Below, one piece after another: positions 7,201 to 22,200 of a stretch of 64,000 nt of DNA (positions within the stretch are counted from its first letter, which is position 1; the number at the start of each line of letters is the position of its first letter). The notes beneath the pieces are model-generated. The model did no database searches, had not been told where the DNA came from, and worked only from the letters and a program-made list of their open reading frames with translations. Source of the DNA: Auanema rhodensis (Eukaryota > Animalia > Nematoda); assembly GCA_964057225.1 (NCBI GenBank), contig OZ059896.1:5270001-5334000 (forward strand), in the 5' to 3' direction. The translations under genes and the position numbers were made by a program.

Positions 7201-10200
7201 TACACTCAACATTGCTTCCAAAAACATTTTGACAAAAATTTTCCCGAAAAATTTCAAAATAATTTCACAACAAGTAGATGTTTTTAGATTCCTTTTTTCA
7301 AGACAAAGACGATGGACATTGTTATTCAACAAAAAAAATTAATTCTTCAGGGTGAAAATCGAGGATATAAGTGTGAACTTATATCAGTTGATATCTCGGT
7401 GCATTTTTAAGCTAGCGCAAATCTGATAACACAGATCGACGCAGCTTAAAAATCCACATCGAATGCACTATACTACATTGGGAAACACTCAATACAAAAA
7501 TTAGTTATGATCGTTTGAAAAATGATGCATTAGTGTATGTTGAGTTTCCATGTACACTCAACATTGCTTCCAAAAACATTTTGACAAAAAGTTTCCCGAA
7601 AAATTTCAAAATAATTTCACAAAAAGTAGATGTTTTTAGATTCCTTTTTTCAAGACAAAGACGATGGACATTGTTATTCAACGAAAAAATTAATTCTTCA
7701 GGGTGAAAATCGAGGATATAAGTGTGAACTTATATCAGTTGATATCTCGGTGCATTTTTAAGCTAGCGCAAATCTGATAACACAGATCGACGCAGCTTAA
7801 AAATCCGCATCGAATGCACTATACTACATTAAGAAAAGCTTAATACAAAAATTAGTTATGATCGTTTGAAAAATGATGCATTAGTGTATGTTGAGTTTCC
7901 ATGTACACTCAACATTGCTTCCAAAAACATTTTGACAAAAATTTTCCCGAAAAATTTCAAAATAATTTCACAAAAAGTAGATGTTTTTAGATTCCTTTTT
8001 TCAAGACAAAGACGATGGACATTGTTATTCAACAAAAAAATTAATTCTTCACGGTGAAAATCGAGGATATAAGTGTGAACCTATATCAGTTGATATCTCG
8101 GTGCATTTTCAAGCTAGCGCAAATCTGATAACACAGATCGACGCAGCTTAAAAATCCGCATCGAATGCACTATACTACATTAAGAAAAGCTTAATACAAA
8201 AATTAGTTATGATCGTTTGAAAAATGATGCATTAGTGTATGTTGAGTTTCCATGTACACTCAACATTGCTTCCAAAAACATTTTGACAAAAATTTTCCCG
8301 AAAAATTTCAAAATAATTTCACAAAAAGTAGATGTTTTTAGATTCCTTTTTTCAAGACAAAGACGATGGACATTGTTATTCAACAAAAAAATTAATTCTT
8401 CAGGGTGAAAATCGAGGATATAAGTGTGAACTTATATCAGTTGATATCTCGGTGCATTTTTAAGCTAGCGCAAATCTGATAACACAGATCGACGCAGCTT
8501 AAAAATCCACATCGAATGCACTATACTACATTGGGAAACACTCAATACAAAAATTAGTTATGATCGTTTGAAAAATGATGCATTAGTGTATGTTGAGTTT
8601 CCATGTACACTCAACATTGCTTCCAAAAACATTTTGACAAAAATTTTCCCGAAAAATTTCAAAATAATTTCACAAAAAGTAGATGTTTTTAGATTCCTTT
8701 TTTCAAGACAAAGACGATGGACATTGTTATTCAACAAAAAAATTAATTCTTCACGGTGAAAATCGAGGATATAAGTGTGAACCTATATCAGTTGATATCT
8801 CGGTGCATTTTCAAGCTAGCGCAAATCTGATAACACAGATCGACGCAGCTTAAAAATCCGCATCGAATGCACTATACTACATTGAGAAAAGCTTAATACA
8901 AAAATTAGTTATGATCGTTTGAAAAATGATGCATTAGTGTATGTTGAGTTTCCATGTACACTCAACATTGCTTCCAAAAACATTTTGACAAAAATTTTCC
9001 CGAAAAATTTCAAAATAATTTCACAAAAAGTAGATGTTTTTAGATTCCTTTTTTCAAGACAAAGACGATGGACATTGTTATTCAACAAAAAAATTAATTC
9101 TTCACGGTGAAAATCGAGGATATAAGTGTGAACCTATATCAGTTGATATCTCGGTGCATTTTCAAGCTAGCGCAAATCTGATAACACAGATCGACGCAGC
9201 TTAAAAATCCACATCGAATGCACTATACTACATTGGGAAACACTCAATACAAAAATTAGTTATGATCGTTTGAAAAATGATGCATTAGTGTATGTTGAGT
9301 TTCCATGTACACTCAACATTGCTTCCAAAAACATTTTGACAAAAATTTTCCCGAAAAATTTCAAAATAATATCACAAAAAGTAGATGTTTTTAGATTCCT
9401 TTTTTCAAGACAAAGACGATGGACATTGTTATTCAACAAAAAAATTAATTCTTCACGGTGAAAATCGAGGATATAAGTGTGAACCTATATCAGTTGATAT
9501 CTCGGTGCATTTTCAAGCTAGCGCAAATCTGATAACACAGATCGACGCAGCTTAAAAATCCGCATCGAATGCACTATACTACATTAAGAAAAGCTTAATA
9601 CAAAAATTAGTTATGATCGTTTGAAAAATGATGCATTAGTGTATGTTGAGTTTCCATGTACACTCAACATTGCTTCCAAAAACATTTTGACAAAAATTTT
9701 CCCGAAAAATTTCAAAATAATTTCACAAAAAGTAGATGTTTTTAGATTCCTTTTTTCAAGACAAAGACGATGGACATTGTTATTCAACAAAAAAATTAAT
9801 TCTTCAGGGTGAAAATCGAGGATATAAGTGTGAACTTATATCAGTTGATATCTCGGTGCATTTTTAAGCTAGCGCAAATCTGATAACACAGATCGACGCA
9901 GCTTAAAAATCCGCATCGAATGCACTATACTACATTAAGAAAAGCTTAATACAAAAATTAGTTATGATCGTTTGAAAAATGATGCATTAGTGTATGTTGA
10001 GTTTCCATGTACACTCAACATTGCTTCCAAAAACATTTTGACAAAAATTTTCCCGAAAAATTTCAAAATAATTTCACAAAAAGTAGATGTTTTTAGATTC
10101 CTTTTTTCAAGACAAAGACGATGGACATTGTTATTCAACAAAAAAATTAATTCTTCACGGTGAAAATCGAGGATATAAGTGTGAACCTATATCAGTTGAT

Positions 10201-13200
10201 ATCTCGGTGCATTTTCAAGCTAGCGCAAATCTGATAACACAGATCGACGCAGCTTAAAAATCCGCATCGAATGCACTATACTACATTAAGAAAAGCTTAA
10301 TACAAAAATTAGTTATGATCGTTTGAAAAATGATGCATTAGTGTATGTTGAGTTTCCATGTACACTCAACATTGCTTCCAAAAACATTTTGACAAAAATT
10401 TTCCCGAAAAATTTCAAAATAATTTCACAAAAAGTAGATGTTTTTAGATTCCTTTTTTCAAGACAAAGACGATGGACATTGTTATTCAACAAAAAATTAA
10501 TTCTTCAGGGTGAAAATCGAGGATATAAGTGTGAACTTATATCAGTTGATATCTCGGTGCATTTTTAAGCTAGCGCAAATCTGATAACACAGAGCGACGC
10601 AGCTTAAAAATCCGCATCGAATGCACTATACTACATTAAGAAAAGCTTAATACAAAAATTAGTTATGATCGTTTGAAAAATGATGCATTAGTGTATGTTG
10701 AGTTTCCATGTACACTCAACATTGCTTCCAAAAACATTTTGACAAAAATTTTCCCGAAAAATTTCAAAATAATTTCACAAAAAGTAGATGTTTTTAGATT
10801 CCTTTTTTCAAGACAAAGACGATGGACATTGTTATTCAACAAAAAAATTAATTCTTCAGGGTGAAAATCGAGGATATAAGTGTGAACTTATATCAGTTGA
10901 TATCTCGGTGCATTTTCAAGCTAGTGCAAATCTGATAACACAGATCGACGCAGCTTAAAATTCCGCATCGAATGCACTATACTACATTAAGAAAAGCTTA
11001 ATACAAAAATTAGTTATGATCGTTTGAAAAATGATGCATTAGTGTATGTTGAGTTTCCATGTACACTCAACATTGCTTCCAAAAACATTTTGACAAAAAT
11101 TTTCCCGAAAAATTTCAAAATAATTTCACAACAAGTAGATGTTTTTAGATTCCTTTTTTCAAGACAAAGACGATGGACATTGTTATTCAACAAAAAAAAT
11201 TAATTCTTCAGGGTGAAAATCGAGGATATAAGTGTGAACTTATATCAGTTGATATCTCGGTGCATTTTTAAGCTAGCGCAAATCTGATAACACAGATCGA
11301 CGCAGCTTAAAAATCCACATCGAATGCACTATACTACATTGGGAAACACTCAATACAAAAATTAGTTATGATCGTTTGAAAAATGATGCATTAGTGTATG
11401 TTGAGTTTCCATGTACACTCAACATTGCTTCCAAAAACATTTTGACAAAAAGTTTCCCGAAAAATTTCAAAATAATTTCACAAAAAGTAGATGTTTTTAG
11501 ATTCCTTTTTTCAAGACAAAGACGATGGACATTGTTATTCAACGAAAAAATTAATTCTTCAGGGTGAAAATCGAGGATATAAGTGTGAACTTATATCAGT
11601 TGATATCTCGGTGCATTTTTAAGCTAGCGCAAATCTGATAACACAGATCGACGCAGCTTAAAAATCCGCATCGAATGCACTATACTACATTAAGAAAAGC
11701 TTAATACAAAAATTAGTTATGATCGTTTGAAAAATGATGCATTAGTGTATGTTGAGTTTCCATGTACACTCAACATTGCTTCCAAAAACATTTTGACAAA
11801 AATTTTCCCGAAAAATTTCAAAATAATTTCACAAAAAGTAGATGTTTTTAGATTCCTTTTTTCAAGACAAAGACGATGGACATTGTTATTCAACAAAAAA
11901 ATTAATTCTTCACGGTGAAAATCGAGGATATAAGTGTGAACCTATATCAGTTGATATCTCGGTGCATTTTCAAGCTAGCGCAAATCTGATAACACAGATC
12001 GACGCAGCTTAAAAATCCGCATCGAATGCACTATACTACATTAAGAAAAGCTTAATACAAAAATTAGTTATGATCGTTTGAAAAATGATGCATTAGTGTA
12101 TGTTGAGTTTCCATGTACACTCAACATTGCTTCCAAAAACATTTTGACAAAAATTTTCCCGAAAAATTTCAAAATAATTTCACAAAAAGTAGATGTTTTT
12201 AGATTCCTTTTTTCAAGACAAAGACGATGGACATTGTTATTCAACAAAAAAATTAATTCTTCAGGGTGAAAATCGAGGATATAAGTGTGAACTTATATCA
12301 GTTGATATCTCGGTGCATTTTTAAGCTAGCGCAAATCTGATAACACAGATCGACGCAGCTTAAAAATCCACATCGAATGCACTATACTACATTGGGAAAC
12401 ACTCAATACAAAAATTAGTTATGATCGTTTGAAAAATGATGCATTAGTGTATGTTGAGTTTCCATGTACACTCAACATTGCTTCCAAAAACATTTTGACA
12501 AAAATTTTCCCGAAAAATTTCAAAATAATTTCACAAAAAGTAGATGTTTTTAGATTCCTTTTTTCAAGACAAAGACGATGGACATTGTTATTCAACAAAA
12601 AAATTAATTCTTCACGGTGAAAATCGAGGATATAAGTGTGAACCTATATCAGTTGATATCTCGGTGCATTTTCAAGCTAGCGCAAATCTGATAACACAGA
12701 TCGACGCAGCTTAAAAATCCGCATCGAATGCACTATACTACATTAAGAAAAGCTTAATACAAAAATTAGTTATGATCGTTTGAAAAATGATGCATTAGTG
12801 TATGTTGAGTTTCCATGTACACTCAACATTGCTTCCAAAAACATTTTGACAAAAATTTTCCCGAAAAATATCAAAATAATTTCACAAAAAGTAGATGTTT
12901 TTAGATTCCTTTTTTTAAGACAAAGACGATGGACATTGTTATTCAACAAAAAAATTAATTCTTCACGGTGAAAATCGAGGATATAAGTGTGAACCTATAT
13001 CAGTTGATATCTCGGTGCATTTTCAAGCTAGCGCAAATCTGATAACACAGATCGACGCAGCTTAAAAATCCACATCAAATGCACTATACTACATTGGGAA
13101 ACACTCAATACAAAAATTAGTTATGATCGTTTGAAAAATGATGCATTAGTGTATGTTGAGTTTCCATGTACACTCAACATTGCTTCCAAAAACATTTTGA

Positions 13201-16200
13201 CAAAAATTTTCCCGAAAAATTTCAAAATAATTTCACAAAAAGTAGATGTTTTTAGATTCCTTTTTTCAAGACAAAGACGATGGACATTGTTATTCAACAA
13301 AAAAATTAATTCTTCACGGTGAAAATCGAGGATATAAGTGTGAACCTATATCAGTTGATATCTCGGTGCATTTTCAAGCTAGCGCAAATCTGATAACACA
13401 GATCGACGCAGCTTAAAAATCCGCATCGAATGCACTATACTACATTAAGAAAAGCTTAATACAAAAATTAGTTATGATCGTTTGAAAAATGATGCATTAG
13501 TGTATATTGAGTTTCCATGTACACTCAACATTGCTTCCAAAAACATTTTGACAAAAATTTTCCCGAAAAATTTCAAAATAATTTCACAAAAAGTAGATGT
13601 TTTTAGATTCCTTTTTTCAAGACAAAGACGATGGACATTGTTATTCAACAAAAAAATTAATTCTTCAGGGTGAAAATCGAGGATATAAGTGTGAACTTAT
13701 ATCAGTTGATATCTCGGTGCATTTTTAAGCTAGCGCAAATCTGATAACACAGATCGACGCAGCTTAAAAATCCGCATCGAATGCACTATACTACATTAAG
13801 AAAAGCTTAATACAAAAATTAGTTATGATCGTTTGAAAAATGATGCATTAGTGTATGTTGAGTTTCCATGTACACTCAACATTGCTTCCAAAAACATTTT
13901 GACAAAAATTTTCCCGAAAAATTTCAAAATAATTTCACAAAAAGTAGATGTTTTTAGATTCCTTTTTTCAAGACAAAGACGATGGACATTGTTATTCAAC
14001 AAAAAAATTAATTCTTCACGGTGAAAATCGAGGATATAAGTGTGAACCTATATCAGTTGATATCTCGGTGCATTTTCAAGCTAGCGCAAATCTGATAACA
14101 CAGATCGACGCAGCTTAAAAATCCGCATCGAATGCACTATACTACATTAAGAAAAGCTTAATACAAAAATTAGTTATGATCGTTTGAAAAATGATGCATT
14201 AGTGTATGTTGAGTTTCCATGTACACTCAACATTGCTTCCAAAAACATTTTGACAAAAATTTTCCCGAAAAATTTCAAAATAATTTCACAAAAAGTAGAT
14301 GTTTTTAGATTCCTTTTTTCAAGACAAAGACGATGGACATTGTTATTCAACAAAAAATTAATTCTTCAGGGTGAAAATCGAGGATATAAGTGTGAACTTA
14401 TATCAGTTGATATCTCGGTGCATTTTTAAGCTAGCGCAAATCTGATAACACAGATCGACGCAGCTTAAAAATCCGCATCGAATGCACTATACTACATTAA
14501 GAAAAGCTTAATACAAAAATTAGTTATGATCGTTTGAAAAATGATGCATTAGTGTATGTTGAGTTTCCATGTACACTCAACATTGCTTCCAAAAACATTT
14601 TGACAAAAATTTTCCCGAAAAATTTCAAAATAATTTCACAAAAAGTAGATGTTTTTAGATTCCTTTTTTCAAGACAAAGACGATGGACATTGTTATTCAA
14701 CAAAAAAATTAATTCTTCACGGTGAAAATCGAGGATATAAGTGTGAACCTATATCAGTTGATATCTCGGTGCATTTTCAAGCTAGCGCAAATCTGATAAC
14801 ACAGATCGACGCAGCTTAAAAATCCGCATCGAATGCACTATACTACATTAAGAAAAGCTTAATACAAAAATTAGTTATGATCGTTTGAAAAATGATGCAT
14901 TAGTGTATGTTGAGTTTCCATGTACACTCAACATTGCTTCCAAAAACATTTTGACAAAAATTTTCCCGAAAAATTTCAAAATAATTTCACAAAAAGTAGA
15001 TGTTTTTAGATTCCTTTTTTCAAGACAAAGACGATGGACATTGTTATTCAACAAAAAAATTAATTCTTCAGGGTGAAAATCGAGGATATAAGTGTGAACT
15101 TATATCAGTTGATATCTCGGTGCATTTTTAAGCTAGCGCAAATCTGATAACACAGATCGACGCAGCTTAAAAATCCACATCGAATGCACTATACTACATT
15201 GGGAAACACTCAATACAAAAATTAGTTATGATCGTTTGAAAAATGATGCATTAGTGTATGTTGAGTTTCCATGTACACTCAACATTGCTTCCAAAAACAT
15301 TTTGACAAAAATTTTCCCGAAAAATTTCAAAATAATTTCACAAAAAGTAGATGTTTTTAGATTCCTTTTTTCAAGACAAAGACGATGGACATTGTTATTC
15401 AACAAAAAAATTAATTCTTCACGGTGAAAATCGAGGATATAAGTGTGAACCTATATCAGTTGATATCTCGGTGCATTTTCAAGCTAGCGCAAATCTGATA
15501 ACACAGATCGACGCAGCTTAAAAATCCGCATCGAATGCACTATACTACATTAAGAAAAGCTTAATACAAAAATTAGTTATGATCGTTTGAAAAATGATGC
15601 ATTAGTGTATGTTGAGTTTCCATGTACACTCAACATTGCTTCCAAAAACATTTTGACAAAAATTTTCCCGAAAAATATCAAAATAATTTCACAAAAAGTA
15701 GATGTTTTTAGATTCCTTTTTTTAAGACAAAGACGATGGACATTGTTATTCAACAAAAAAATTAATTCTTCACGGTGAAAATCGAGGATATAAGTGTGAA
15801 CCTATATCAGTTGATATCTCGGTGCATTTTCAAGCTAGCGCAAATCTGATAACACAGATCGACGCAGCTTAAAAATCCACATCAAATGCACTATACTACA
15901 TTGGGAAACACTCAATACAAAAATTAGTTATGATCGTTTGAAAAATGATGCATTAGTGTATGTTGAGTTTCCATGTACACTCAACATTGCTTCCAAAAAC
16001 ATTTTGACAAAAATTTTCCCGAAAAATTTCAAAATAATTTCACAAAAAGTAGATGTTTTTAGATTCCTTTTTTCAAGACAAAGACGATGGACATTGTTAT
16101 TCAACAAAAAAATTAATTCTTCACGGTGAAAATCGAGGATATAAGTGTGAACCTATATCAGTTGATATCTCGGTGCATTTTCAAGCTAGCGCAAATCTGA

Positions 16201-19200
16201 TAACACAGATCGACGCAGCTTAAAAATCCGCATCGAATGCACTATACTACATTAAGAAAAGCTTAATACAAAAATTAGTTATGATCGTTTGAAAAATGAT
16301 GCATTAGTGTATATTGAGTTTCCATGTACACTCAACATTGCTTCCAAAAACATTTTGACAAAAATTTTCCCGAAAAATTTCAAAATAATTTCACAAAAAG
16401 TAGATGTTTTTAGATTCCTTTTTTCAAGACAAAGACGATGGACATTGTTATTCAACAAAAAAATTAATTCTTCAGGGTGAAAATCGAGGATATAAGTGTG
16501 AACTTATATCAGTTGATATCTCGGTGCATTTTTAAGCTAGCGCAAATCTGATAACACAGATCGACGCAGCTTAAAAATCCGCATCGAATGCACTATACTA
16601 CATTAAGAAAAGCTTAATACAAAAATTAGTTATGATCGTTTGAAAAATGATGCATTAGTGTATGTTGAGTTTCCATGTACACTCAACATTGCTTCCAAAA
16701 ACATTTTGACAAAAATTTTCCCGAAAAATTTCAAAATAATTTCACAAAAAGTAGATGTTTTTAGATTCCTTTTTTCAAGACAAAGACGATGGACATTGTT
16801 ATTCAACAAAAAAATTAATTCTTCACGGTGAAAATCGAGGATATAAGTGTGAACCTATATCAGTTGATATCTCGGTGCATTTTCAAGCTAGCGCAAATCT
16901 GATAACACAGATCGACGCAGCTTAAAAATCCGCATCGAATGCACTATACTACATTAAGAAAAGCTTAATACAAAAATTAGTTATGATCGTTTGAAAAATG
17001 ATGCATTAGTGTATGTTGAGTTTCCATGTACACTCAACATTGCTTCCAAAAACATTTTGACAAAAATTTTCCCGAAAAATTTCAAAATAATTTCACAAAA
17101 AGTAGATGTTTTTAGATTCCTTTTTTCAAGACAAAGACGATGGACATTGTTATTCAACAAAAAATTAATTCTTCAGGGTGAAAATCGAGGATATAAGTGT
17201 GAACTTATATCAGTTGATATCTCGGTGCATTTTTAAGCTAGCGCAAATCTGATAACACAGATCGACGCAGCTTAAAAATCCGCATCGAATGCACTATACT
17301 ACATTAAGAAAAGCTTAATACAAAAATTAGTTATGATCGTTTGAAAAATGATGCATTAGTGTATGTTGAGTTTCCATGTACACTCAACATTGCTTCCAAA
17401 AACATTTTGACAAAAATTTTCCCGAAAAATTTCAAAATAATTTCACAAAAAGTAGATGTTTTTAGATTCCTTTTTTCAAGACAAAGACGATGGACATTGT
17501 TATTCAACAAAAAATTAATTCTTCAGGGTGAAAATCGAGGATATAAGTGTGAACTTATATCAGTTGATATCTCGGTGCATTTTTAAGCTAGCGCAAATCT
17601 GATAACACAGATCGACGCAGCTTAAAAATCCGCATCGAATGCACTATACTACATTAAGAAAAGCTTAATACAAAAATTAGTTATGATCGTTTGAAAAATG
17701 ATGCATTAGTGTATGTTGAGTTTCCATGTACACTCAACATTGCTTCCAAAAACATTTTGACAAAAATTTTCCCGAAAAATTTCAAAATAATTTCACAAAA
17801 AGTAGATGTTTTTAGATTCCTTTTTTCAAGACAAAGACGATGGACATTGTTATTCAACAAAAAAATTAATTCTTCACGGTGAAAATCGAGGATATAAGTG
17901 TGAACCTATATCAGTTGATATCTCGGTGCATTTTCAAGCTAGCGCAAATCTGATAACACAGATCGACGCAGCTTAAAAATCCGCATCGAATGCACTATAC
18001 TACATTAAGAAAAGCTTAATACAAAAATTAGTTATGATCGTTTGAAAAATGATGCATTAGTGTATGTTGAGTTTCCATGTACACTCAACATTGCTTCCAA
18101 AAACATTTTGACAAAAATTTTCCCGAAAAATTTCAAAATAATTTCACAAAAAGTAGATGTTTTTAGATTCCTTTTTTCAAGACAAAGACGATGGACATTG
18201 TTATTCAACAAAAAAATTAATTCTTCACGGTGAAAATCGAGGATATAAGTGTGAACCTATATCAGTTGATATCTCGGTGCATTTTCAAGCTAGCGCAAAT
18301 CTGATAACACAGATCGACGCAGCTTAAAAATCCGCATCGAATGCACTATACTACATTAAGAAAAGCTTAATACAAAAATTAGTTATGATCGTTTGAAAAA
18401 TGATGCATTAGTGTATGTTGAGTTTCCATGTACACTCAACATTGCTTCCAAAAACATTTTGACAAAAATTTTCCCGAAAAATTTCAAAATAATTTCACAA
18501 AAAGTAGATGTTTTTAGATTCCTTTTTTCAAGACAAAGACGATGGACATTGTTATTCAACAAAAAATTAATTCTTCAGGGTGAAAATCGAGGATATAAGT
18601 GTGAACTTATATCAGTTGATATCTCGGTGCATTTTTAAGCTAGCGCAAATCTGATAACACAGATCGACGCAGCTTAAAAATCCGCATCGAATGCACTATA
18701 CTACATTAAGAAAAGCTTAATACAAAAATTAGTTATGATCGTTTGAAAAATGATGCATTAGTGTATGTTGAGTTTCCATGTACACTCAACATTGCTTCCA
18801 AAAACATTTTGACAAAAATTTTCCCGAAAAATTTCAAAATAATTTCACAAAAAGTAGATGTTTTTAGATTCCTTTTTTCAAGACAAAGACGATGGACATT
18901 GTTATTCAACAAAAAATTAATTCTTCAGGGTGAAAATCGAGGATATAAGTGTGAACTTATATCAGTTGATATCTCGGTGCATTTTTAAGCTAGCGCAAAT
19001 CTGATAACACAGATCGACGCAGCTTAAAAATCCGCATCGAATGCACTATACTACATTAAGAAAAGCTTAATACAAAAATTAGTTATGATCGTTTGAAAAA
19101 TGATGCATTAGTGTATGTTGAGTTTCCATGTACACTCAACATTGCTTCCAAAAACATTTTGACAAAAATTTTCCCGAAAAATTTCAAAATAATTTCACAA

Positions 19201-22200
19201 AAAGTAGATGTTTTTAGATTCCTTTTTTCAAGACAAAGACGATGGACATTGTTATTCAACAAAAAAATTAATTCTTCACGGTGAAAATCGAGGATATAAG
19301 TGTGAACCTATATCAGTTGATATCTCGGTGCATTTTCAAGCTAGCGCAAATCTGATAACACAGATCGACGCAGCTTAAAAATCCGCATCGAATGCACTAT
19401 ACTACATTAAGAAAAGCTTAATACAAAAATTAGTTATGATCGTTTGAAAAATGATGCATTAGTGTATGTTGAGTTTCCATGTACACTCAACATTGCTTCC
19501 AAAAACATTTTGACAAAAATTTTCCCGAAAAATTTCAAAATAATTTCACAAAAAGTAGATGTTTTTAGATTCCTTTTTTCAAGACAAAGACGATGGACAT
19601 TGTTATTCAACAAAAAAATTAATTCTTCACGGTGAAAATCGAGGATATAAGTGTGAACCTATATCAGTTGATATCTCGGTGCATTTTCAAGCTAGCGCAA
19701 ATCTGATAACACAGATCGACGCAGCTTAAAAATCCGCATCGAATGCACTATACTACATTAAGAAAAGCTTAATACAAAAATTAGTTATGATCGTTTGAAA
19801 AATGATGCATTAGTGTATGTTGAGTTTCCATGTACACTCAACATTGCTTCCAAAAACATTTTGACAAAAATTTTCCCGAAAAATTTCAAAATAATTTCAC
19901 AAAAAGTAGATGTTTTTAGATTCCTTTTTTCAAGACAAAGACGATGGACATTGTTATTCAACAAAAAATTAATTCTTCAGGGTGAAAATCGAGGATATAA
20001 GTGTGAACTTATATCAGTTGATATCTCGGTGCATTTTTAAGCTAGCGCAAATCTGATAACACAGATCGACGCAGCTTAAAAATCCGCATCGAATGCACTA
20101 TACTACATTAAGAAAAGCTTAATACAAAAATTAGTTATGATCGTTTGAAAAATGATGCATTAGTGTATGTTGAGTTTCCATGTACACTCAACATTGCTTC
20201 CAAAAACATTTTGACAAAAATTTTCCCGAAAAATTTCAAAATAATTTCACAAAAAGTAGATGTTTTTAGATTCCTTTTTTCAAGACAAAGACGATGGACA
20301 TTGTTATTCAACAAAAAATTAATTCTTCAGGGTGAAAATCGAGGATATAAGTGTGAACTTATATCAGTTGATATCTCGGTGCATTTTTAAGCTAGCGCAA
20401 ATCTGATAACACAGATCGACGCAGCTTAAAAATCCGCATCGAATGCACTATACTACATTAAGAAAAGCTTAATACAAAAATTAGTTATGATCGTTTGAAA
20501 AATGATGCATTAGTGTATGTTGAGTTTCCATGTACACTCAACATTGCTTCCAAAAACATTTTGACAAAAATTTTCCCGAAAAATTTCAAAATAATTTCAC
20601 AAAAAGTAGATGTTTTTAGATTCCTTTTTTCAAGACAAAGACGATGGACATTGTTATTCAACAAAAAAATTAATTCTTCACGGTGAAAATCGAGGATATA
20701 AGTGTGAACCTATATCAGTTGATATCTCGGTGCATTTTCAAGCTAGCGCAAATCTGATAACACAGATCGACGCAGCTTAAAAATCCGCATCGAATGCACT
20801 ATACTACATTAAGAAAAGCTTAATACAAAAATTAGTTATGATCGTTTGAAAAATGATGCATTAGTGTATGTTGAGTTTCCATGTACACTCAACATTGCTT
20901 CCAAAAACATTTTGACAAAAATTTTCCCGAAAAATTTCAAAATAATTTCACAAAAAGTAGATGTTTTTAGATTCCTTTTTTCAAGACAAAGACGATGGAC
21001 ATTGTTATTCAACAAAAAAATTAATTCTTCAGGGTGAAAATCGAGGATATAAGTGTGAACTTATATCAGTTGATATCTCGGTGCATTTTTAAGCTAGCGC
21101 AAATCTGATAACACAGATCGACGCAGCTTAAAAATCCGCATCGAATGCACTATACTACATTAAGAAAAGCTTAATACAAAAATTAGTTATGATCGTTTGA
21201 AAAATGATGCATTAGTGTATGTTGAGTTTCCATGTACACTCAACATTGCTTCCAAAAACATTTTGACAAAAATTTTCCCGAAAAATTTCAAAATAATTTC
21301 ACAAAAAGTAGATGTTTTTAGATTTCTTTTTTCAAGACAAAGACGATGGACATTGTTATTCAACAAAAAAATTAATTCTTCAGGGTGAAAATCGAGGATA
21401 TAAGTGTGAACTTATATCAGTTGATATCTCGGTGCATTTTTAAGCTAGCGCAAATCTGATAACACAGATCGACGCAGCTTAAAAATCCACATCGAATGCA
21501 CTATACTACATTGGGAAACACTCAATACAAACATTAGTTATGATCGTTTGAAAAATGATGCATTAGTGTATGTTGAGTTTCCATGTACACTCAACATTGC
21601 TTCCAAAAACATTTTGACAAAAATTTTCCCGAAAAATTTCAAAATAATTTCACAAAAAGTAGATGTTTTTAGATTCCTTTTTTCAAGACAAAGACGATGG
21701 ACATTGTTATTCAACAAAAAAATTAATTCTTCAGGGTGAAAATCGAGGATATAAGTGTGAACCTATATCAGTTGATATCTCGGTGCATTTTCAAGCTAGC
21801 GCAAATCTGATAACACAGATCGACGCAGCTTAAAAATCCGCATCGAATGCACTATACTACATGAAGAAACGCTCAATACAAAAATTAGTTATGATCGTTT
21901 GAAAAATGATGCATTAGTGTATGTTGAGTTTCCATGTACACTCAACAATGCTTCCAAAAACATTTTGACAAAAATTTTCCCGAAAAATTTCAAAATAATT
22001 TCACAAAAAGTAGATGTTTTTAGATTCCTTTTTTCAAGACAAAGACGATGGACAATGTTATTCAACGAAAAAATTAATTCTTCACGGTGAAAATCGAGGA
22101 TATAAGTGTGAACCTATATCAGTTGATATCTCGGTGCATTTTCAAGCTAGCGCAAATCTGATAACACAGATCGACGCAGCTTAAAAATCCGCATCGAATG

